This document shows positions 56,034 through 64,000 of a DNA stretch of 64,000 nt, piece after piece (position 1 is the stretch's first letter; every line of letters begins with the position of its first letter). The notes beneath the pieces were generated by a model that had not been told where the DNA came from, searched no databases, and worked only from the letters and a program-made list of their open reading frames with translations. Made by a program: the position numbers and the translations under genes. The DNA comes from an uncultured Chloroflexia bacterium (GTDB lineage Bacteria > Chloroflexota > Limnocylindria > Limnocylindrales > CSP1-4), in NCBI GenBank assembly GCA_963813335.1, contig CAWEYL010000001.1, forward strand, positions 384,001 to 448,000. The letters are read 5' to 3'.

Positions 56034-56519
56034 ATGCCGTTGACCCATCCCCACGTCCCGCCCCATCTCGGCGGGCTCGGCAAGGTCCACCACGTCGCGC
56101 TCGTCGTCCGCTCCATCGAGGACTCGCTGGGCCTGTGGCGCGAGATGCTCGGTCTCGAACTCGAGACCGTGATGGACATCCCGGGCGACCATGTGCGCAT
56201 CGCCTTCCTCGGGGTGGGCGAGTCCAAGGTCGAGCTCGTCGAGCCGACCGATGACACGACCGGCGTGGCGCGCTTCCTGGCATCGAAGGGGGAGGGCTTC
56301 CACCACATCTGCTTCGAGGTCCCCAACCTGGCCGAGACCCTGCTCCGCCTCGAGATCGACGGCATGGAGCTGATCGACAGCGCGCCGCGCCGCGGCGCCG
56401 AGGGTCCCGTCGCCTTCCTCCACCCCCGCGCGTGCCACGGGGTCCTCGTGGAGCTGATCGAGGCACCCGGCGGCCCGTCCTGGGCCAGCCTTGGCTTCAC
56501 CCATGGGAGTGCCCAGTGA
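56034..56519 (+). CDS. mce: Methylmalonyl-CoA epimerase
   Basis: HHVAL, KVELVEP, GEGFHHIC, FLHP..GVLVEL. Confidence 0.9.
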   Translation: MPLTHPHVPPHLGGLGKVHHVALVVRSIEDSLGLWREMLGLELETVMDIPGDHVRIAFLGVGESKVELVEPTDDTTGVARFLASKGEGFHHICFEVPNLAETLLRLEIDGMELIDSAPRRGAEGPVAFLHPRACHGVLVELIEAPGGPSWASLGFTHGSAQ

Positions 56520-56869
56520 CCGACGACTTCGCGACCGCCATCGACGCCAGCGTGCCGCCCTCCGGTCCAGGCTGCGTCGAGTGCGAGGCCACGGGCGGCT
56601 GGTGGTTCCACCTGCGCCGTTGCGCCAAGTGCGGGCACGTCGGCTGCTGCGACACGTCGCCCTCGCAGCATGCGCGGGGGCACGCCGCCGCGACCGGGCA
56701 CCCGATGGTGCGCACGTACGAGCCCGACGAGGACTGGTTCTACAGCTTCGTGACCGACAACGCGTACGAGGGTCCGGAGCTGCCGCCGCCGCTGCATCAC
56801 CCGCTCGACCAGACGGTGCCCGGGCCCGAGGACCGCGTCCCCGACGACTGGCAGGACCACCTGAACTGA
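56516..56869 (+). CDS. UBP-type zinc finger protein
   Basis: CVEC..WFHLRRCAKCGHVGCCDTSPSQHA..H. Confidence 0.88.
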   Translation: MTDDFATAIDASVPPSGPGCVECEATGGWWFHLRRCAKCGHVGCCDTSPSQHARGHAAATGHPMVRTYEPDEDWFYSFVTDNAYEGPELPPPLHHPLDQTVPGPEDRVPDDWQDHLN

Positions 56870-56899
56870 GCCAGGCGGGGCGCGACCGGCGCCCCCGGG

Positions 56900-57742
56900 T
56901 CAGCCGCCGGGCTTGCTCGCCCTGAGCGAGAACATCAGCGGCAGCCCGCCGGGGACCTCCGCCGGCAGATACCAGTTCCCGTCCGGGCCTTCGACGAGGA
57001 AGTCGGCCGCCCAGGCGAGGAACGGGTGCTCGACGAGGGTCTCGACGCGCAGGCCGGCATCGATCAACGCGCTGACGACCTCGCCGAGGCCATGACCCCA
57101 ACCGTGCTCGGTCTGCTCGCCGACGTCGGCGTCGGGATCCGCGTAGGACCCCTGCACCGGGAAGACCAGCGGGTCCGGGTGCTCGAAGTACGGGTACGCC
57201 AGGCGCAGCTCGCCGGGCGCCACGCCCTCGTTCTCGAAGGCGTTGAAGACCGGATGGGATTCGGTGATGAAGAAGGTGCCGCCGGGCGCCAGGAAGTGCG
57301 CCACGACCGCGGCCCAGCCGCGGATGTCGGGCAGCCAGCCGAGCACGCCGCGCGACGTGTAGACGACGTCGAAGGTGCCTTCGAGGTTGGCGGGCAGGTC
57401 GTACAGGTTCGAGCAGACGAAACGGGCGTCGGGGAAGCCGAGATCGGCCGCCAGCGCCGTCGCCAGCTCGGTCGCCGCCGGCGAGAAGTCGGCGCCGGTG
57501 ACGCGGGCACCCAGCCGTGCCCATGAGAGCGTGTCGATGCCGAAGTGGCACTGCAGGTGGAGCAGGGTCTTGCCCGCGACATCGCCGACCATCTCGATCT
57601 CGTACGGGCGCAGCCGGACCCCGCCGGCGCGGAAGCCGGCCAGGTCGTAGAAGTCGCCCTCGGCATGGACCCTCGTCCATGCCTCCCAGAGCGAGCGGTT
57701 GGCCGCGAAGGAGGCCTCGTGTGAGGTCGGCTCGCCGCTCAC
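56900..57742 (-). CDS. Class I SAM-dependent methyltransferase
   Basis: LHLQCHFGIDT, FDVVYTSRGVLGWLPD. Confidence 0.88.
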   Translation of the reverse strand: MSGEPTSHEASFAANRSLWEAWTRVHAEGDFYDLAGFRAGGVRLRPYEIEMVGDVAGKTLLHLQCHFGIDTLSWARLGARVTGADFSPAATELATALAADLGFPDARFVCSNLYDLPANLEGTFDVVYTSRGVLGWLPDIRGWAAVVAHFLAPGGTFFITESHPVFNAFENEGVAPGELRLAYPYFEHPDPLVFPVQGSYADPDADVGEQTEHGWGHGLGEVVSALIDAGLRVETLVEHPFLAWAADFLVEGPDGNWYLPAEVPGGLPLMFSLRASKPGG

Positions 57743-58215
57743 CGGAGCGACCACACGAAGAGCACGTCGGTCGACCGGTCGGCGCGCCGGCAGAACGCCA
57801 CGATGCGGCCCGTCAGCTCGCGGATCCAGGGCTTCTCCTCGCGCGGCAGCGGGCCGAGCTCCTCGCCGACGAGCTCGATCCAGCGGCCGGCGATCGCGTC
57901 CAGCGCCGAATCCGGGATGCGCGCCACCGCGTCGATCCAGGACGGGTCGATGCGCTCGATCGTCCGCTCGCCGGCGGCGGCACCGGGGCCGTCGAGCTCG
58001 ATCCGGGCGTCCAGCAGGTCGACCGGCTCGTTGCTGCCGGTCGCGACCCGGGCCGACTCGGCGAACAGGTCCAGCCAGGTCGGGTCGAGCCCGCCGCCGA
58101 GCGAGAGGTGGGCATCGAAGCGCGACTCTGCGCGCTCGAGGTCCGGCTCGTCGAGCCCGAAGACGAGGAGGATCTCGCGGGCATCGCCGGCGACGAGGTC
58201 CATGCTCGCGCCCAT
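57739..58215 (-). CDS. Hypothetical protein
   Basis: Coding bias; ends DVLFVWSLR; GTGA overlap. Confidence 0.6.
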   Translation of the reverse strand: MGASMDLVAGDAREILLVFGLDEPDLERAESRFDAHLSLGGGLDPTWLDLFAESARVATGSNEPVDLLDARIELDGPGAAAGERTIERIDPSWIDAVARIPDSALDAIAGRWIELVGEELGPLPREEKPWIRELTGRIVAFCRRADRSTDVLFVWSLR

Positions 58216-58249
58216 CAGTGGCGGGTCCCTGGCCGCATCCGTCCGACCC

Positions 58250-59130
58250 CTAGCCGCGGTAGCCGGCGTCGCGCAGCAGGCCGGGGAGCTCGGTCGGGGA
58301 GCCGGCCACGCGGAACCCGGCCGCCTCCAGGGCGGCCACCTTGGACGCCGCCGTGCCGGCGCCGCCCGAGATGATCGCGCCGGCATGGCCCATGCGCTTG
58401 CCCTCGGGCGCGGTCCGCCCGGCGATGAAGGCGACCTTGGGGACGTCCTTGAGATGCTCGGCCGCCCACGTCGCCGCCGTCTCCTCGGCCGCGCCGCCGA
58501 TCTCGCCGATGAGCACGATCGCGTCGGTCTCCTCATCGGCCGCGAAGAGCTGCAGGATGTCGAGGAAGGTCGTGCCGATGATCGGGTCGCCGCCGATCCC
58601 GACGCAGGTCGACTGGCCGAGCCCCGCGTCGGTCATCGCCTGGACGGCCTCGTAGGTGAGCGTCCCCGAGCGCGACACCACGCCGACGCGCCCCTCGCGG
58701 TGGATGGACGCCGGGATGATCCCGACCTTGGCCCGTCCCGGGGACGTGGCGCCCGGGCAGTTCGGGCCGATGAGCCGGGCGCCGGCCGCCCGGACCATCT
58801 CGACCGCCGGGATCATGTCCAGCGCGGGGATGCCTTCGGTGATGCAGAAGATCGTCCCGATGCCGGCTGCGGCCGCCTCCATGATCGCGTCCGGCGCACC
58901 GGCGGCCGGCACGAAGATCAGCGAGGTGTTCGCGCCGGTCTGGGCGACGGCTTCGGCGACGGTGTCGAAGACCGGGACGGTGCCGTCGAGGGCGAGCTGG
59001 CCGCCCTTGCCCGGGGTCATGCCGGCGACGACGTTGGTGCCGTAGGCCACCAACGCGCGGGTGTGGAACTCGCCCTCACGCCCGGTGATGCCCTGGACCA
59101 GGAGCCGGGTCTCCCGCCCGATCAGGATGC

Positions 59131-59134
<4 letters not shown>
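58250..59134 (-). CDS. sucD: Succinyl-CoA synthetase alpha subunit
   Basis: [29 protein letters not shown]. Confidence 0.95.
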
Positions 59135-60307
<1,173 letters not shown>

Positions 60308-60430
60308 GGGCGGCGACGGCCTCCGGCGGTGGGCGGGCGGGAGGTCGATGGTACCGCGTTCGACCCTCTCCGGCGACCCGCCGGCCTGGGCCGCCGGCGG
60401 CGACGTCCGTCGCGTCGCTACAATCGGGCC

Positions 60431-61463
60431 ATGGCCCATCGAGTCACGCTGATCCCCGGCGACGGCATCGGGCCGGAGCTGGCGGAGGCGACCACCCGCG
60501 TCCTCGAGGCGACCGGGATCGGGTTCGACTGGGAGCGGGTCGAGGCCGGCGAGGCCGCCATCGCGACCTACGGGACGCCGCTCCCGGACGAGGTCCTCGA
60601 CGTCGATCCGGCCGCACCAAGGTCGCCCTCAAGGGGCCGATCACGACGCCGGTCGGCGGCGGGTTCCGGAGCGTCAACGTCGGCCTGCGCCAGGCGCTCG
60701 GGCTGTACGCGAACCTGCGCCCGGCGCGCTCGATGATGGGCGTCGAGTACGCGCTACTCGGACATCGACCTCGATCATCGTCCGCGAGAACACCGAGGAC
60801 CTCTACGCCGGCATCGAGCACATGGTCGGCCGCGACGCTGCGGAGAGCATCAAGATCATCACCCGCGAGGCGTCCGAGCGGATCGCGCGGTTCGCGTTCG
60901 AGTACGCGGTGGCGAACGGCCGGCACAAGGTCACGGCCGTCCACAAGGCCAACATCATGAAGCTGTCCGACGGCCTCTTCCTCGAGAGCTGTCGGACCGT
61001 GGCGGCCGCCTACGAGGGCCGCATCGAGTTCGAGGACCGCATCGTCGACAACATGTGCATGCAGCTCGTCCAGAAGCCGGAGCTGTACGACGTGCTGGTC
61101 CTGCCGAACCTCTACGGCGACATCGTGAGCGACCTGGCCGCCGGACTGGTCGGCGGCCTCGGCGTCGCGCCCGGTGCCAACATCGGCACCGAGGCGGCGG
61201 TCTTCGAGCCGGTCCACGGCTCGGCGCCCAAGTACGCCGGCCAGAACAAGGCCAACCCGACCGCGCTCATCCGTCAGCGGCGCGCTGATGCTCCGCCACC
61301 TCGGCTACCCCGAGGCCGCCGCCGACGTCGAGCGGGCGGTCCGCGAGGTCATCGCCGAGGGCCGAACGGCCACGACGTACGACCTCGGTGGGCCGGCCGG
61401 CACGAGCCAGTTCGCCGACGCGGTGATCGCCCGCCTGGCCGACCATCGGGATCGCCGGGTGAC
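60431..61463 (+). CDS. icd: Isocitrate dehydrogenase (IDH/IMDH family, probably NAD-type; frameshifted, end approximate)
   Basis: [46 protein letters not shown]; TCA gene context. Confidence 0.8.
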
Positions 61464-62279
61464 GAGCTGGCCGGCGAGCCTGCGGACCGGCCGCCCACCG
61501 CGGAAGCCGGTCGGGACCGCGCCACAGGGCTTCGGCCGGACCGCCCGCCGGGACGCCTGGTGGACCTCGCCCCTCGGCGTGGGGTTCTGGCTCGCGGTCC
61601 TCGTCCTGTACTCCGTGTTCAGCGCGCTGGTCTGGACGCCCGGTCTTCGGCGCGCCGAACGAGGCCGACGGCTACCTGTCGCCGTTCTTCTTCCCGCTGT
61701 TCCGGGACCTCGGCCTGCCGCTCGGCATCTCGCCGGCGATCCTGATCCTGTGGATCCCGATCGGCTTCCGGGTCACCTGCTACTACTTCCGGCGCGCCTA
61801 CTACCGGACCTACCTGGCCGATCCGCCCGCCTGCGCGGTGGGGGAGCCGCGCATCCATCGGCGCTACCGGATGGAGGCGGCGCTGCCCGTTCATCCTCCA
61901 GAACCTCCACCGCTTCTTCCTGTACCTCGCGGTCCTCCTCCTGGCGATCCACTGGGTCGAGGTCGTGGTCGAGCTTCGCGGGACCGGGCGGACCGCGGCT
62001 CGGGCTCGGCAGCGTGATCCTGCTCGTCGACATCATCGCTCCTGAGCGCGCTACGTGTTCGGTGCCACTCGATGCGCCACCTCGTGGGCGGGCGGCTCGA
62101 CTGCTTCTCGTGCACGCGCTCGAACCGGACGCGCCACTCCATCTGGCTGCGCCTGAGCGGCCTGAATGCGCACCACATGGTGTTCGCGTGGGCCAGCCTG
62201 CATCTCCATCGTGGTCGCGGACATGTACATCCACGCCCTCGGTCTCGGGCTGATCGCCGACCCGGCCATCCGGTTCTAG
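61460..62279 (+). CDS. Succinate dehydrogenase membrane anchor, Sdh1/Rv0249c-like (frameshifted)
   Basis: [43 protein letters not shown]. Confidence 0.75.
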
Positions 62280-62293
62280 GCCGGCCCTGACCG

Positions 62294-64000
62294 ATGGCGG
62301 ACCCGAACCTCCCCCAGACGCGGCCGCACGACGTCCTGGTCATCGGGGCCGGCGGCGCCGGGCTGCGCGCCGCCATCGAGGCGAAGGCGGCCGGGGCCGA
62401 CGTCGGCCTCGTCTGCAAGTCGCTGCTCGGCAAGGCCCACACGGTGATGGCCGAGGGCGGGATCGCCGCGGCCCTCGGCCACGTCGATGCCGCCGATTCG
62501 TGGCAGGTCCACTTCCGCGACACGATGGTCGGCGGCAAGCTACCTGAACAACCCGCGCATGGCCGAGCTCCACGCCACGGAGGCGCCGGACCGGGTCCGC
62601 GAGCTGGAGGCTTGGGGCGCGGTCTTCGACCGGACCCGCGACGGGCGCATCCTGCAGCGCCCGTTCGGCGGGCACACGCATCCGCGCCTCGCGCACGTCG
62701 GCGACCGGACCGGGCTCGAGATGATCCGCACGCTCCAGGACCGGGCCGTGGCGATGGGCATCACGGTCTACATGGAGTGCACGATCACCACGGCTCGACC
62801 ACGAGCGTGACGGGCGTGACCGGCGCCGTCGGCTACTGGCGGACGACCGGTCGGCCGATCGTCTTCCCGGCCAAGGCCGTCGTCCTCGCCACGGGCGGTA
62901 TCGGGCAGTCGTACGAGGTGACCTCGAACTCGTGGGAGTACAGCGGTGACGGCCAGGCGCTCGCCTACGCGGCCGGCGCCGAGCTGATCGACATGGAGTT
63001 CGTCCAGTTCCACCCGACCGGCATGGTCTGGCCGCCCGGCGTGCGCGGCCTGCTGGTGACCGAGGCGGTGCGCGGCGAGGGCGGGATCCTGCGCAACAGC
63101 CAGGGCGAGCGGTTCATGTGGAGGTACCTGCCAGAGGATCGCCGCGCGGAGTACGCGGCGACCGACGAGGAGGCCGCGCGCTGGGTGACGGCGGTGTCGC
63201 AGGGACGCCCGACCGAGGACCGCCGTCCGCCCGAGCTGTCCACGCGCGACAACGTGGCCCGGGCCATCTACACCGAGGTCAAGGAGGGCCGCGGCTCGCC
63301 GCACGGTGGCGTCTTCCTCGACATCAGCTACCTGCCCGCCGACCATGTCCGGCGCAAGCTGCCCTCCATGTACGAGCAGTTCAAGGAGCTCGCCGACGTG
63401 GACATCACGGCGGGACCGATGGAGGTCGGGCCCGACGACGCACTACGTCATGGGCGGCATCCGCGTCGATGCCGACACGGGGGCGACGACCGTCCCGGGC
63501 CTCTTCGCCGCCGGCGAGGTCACCGGCGGCATGCACGGCGCCAACCGCCTCGGCGGCAACTCGCTCTCGGACCTGCTGGTCTTCGGCGCGCGGACCGGGC
63601 GGGCGGCCGGGGACCATGCGCTCGCCGCCGGCGCCGACCCCCACGTGGATCCGCTCGAGGTCAGGGAGGCGATGCGCGCGCTCGATGCGCCGATCGAGCG
63701 GCGTGAGGGCGAGGACCCGTACGCGATCCAGCGCGATCTGCAGGGCATGATGCAGCGCCTGGTCGGGATCTTCCGCGAGGACGGCGGACCTCGCCGAGGC
63801 CATCCACCAGCTCGATGGACTGCGGACACGACTCGCCGGCGTCCGCGTCGTCGGCGACCGCGACGTACAACCCGGGCTGGAATCTCGTCTTCGAGCTGCG
63901 ACCACCTGCTGACGGTCTCGGAGGCGATCGCGCGGAGCGCCCGGCAGCGCACCGAGAGCCGCGGCGCCCACGCCCGCCTCGACTTCCCGAATCCCGACGA
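62294..64000 (+). CDS. sdhA: Succinate dehydrogenase/fumarate reductase flavoprotein (frameshifted, 3' truncated)
   Basis: VIGAGGAG, KAHTVMAEGG, QFHPTG, HGANRLGGNSL, ESRGAH. Confidence 0.92.

Noticed and set aside
50779-56519. 3-hydroxypropionate bicycle carbon fixation
   Set aside because: Malonyl-CoA reductase and propionyl-CoA synthase are absent from the window; genes fit propionate catabolism
54108-57680. 1190-aa minus-strand ORF and other long antisense ORFs (e.g. 22659-25550, 33104-35101)
   Set aside because: Shadow frames of high-GC genes; Arg/Pro/Gly-rich with no motifs
61174-62253. Apparent IDH-SDH anchor fusion ORF
   Set aside because: Indel-rich region; the GTGA near 61460 fits an ordinary stop/start overlap

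Overview
Very GC-rich bacterial chromosomal window. Gene content (split methylmalonyl-CoA mutase, Sdh1-type succinate dehydrogenase, F420-type LLM oxidoreductase, dnaG-rpoD) suggests Chloroflexota, possibly Limnocylindria-like; this is inference. Many single-base frameshifts, including in essential genes (dnaG, sucC, glpK), cluster at about 1-18, 26-32.5, 39 and 60-64 kb and look like long-read assembly errors. Content: ndh, two OmpR/BaeSR-like two-component modules, secreted enzymes, malic enzyme, MerR-vWA, glpK, three GGDEF-type proteins, dnaG-rpoD, tRNA-Asn, LemA, a lipid cluster, parAB preceded by DnaA boxes, a pcc-mcm-mce propionate cluster, sucCD, idh and sdh. Best novelty candidates: (1) a prenyltransferase/squalene-cyclase-repeat protein fused to a divergent GGDEF domain; (2) a Pro/Thr-stalked membrane protein translationally coupled to a GAF-GGDEF-EAL protein; (3) regulatory DNA: DnaA boxes at parA, four TTGACA copies at dnaG-rpoD, a MerR operator, 11-bp-spaced CTCCAC boxes, widespread leaderless promoters and possible ACG starts. 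No CRISPR array, rRNA or transposase was seen. All family calls come from motif recognition by eye, not from searches.
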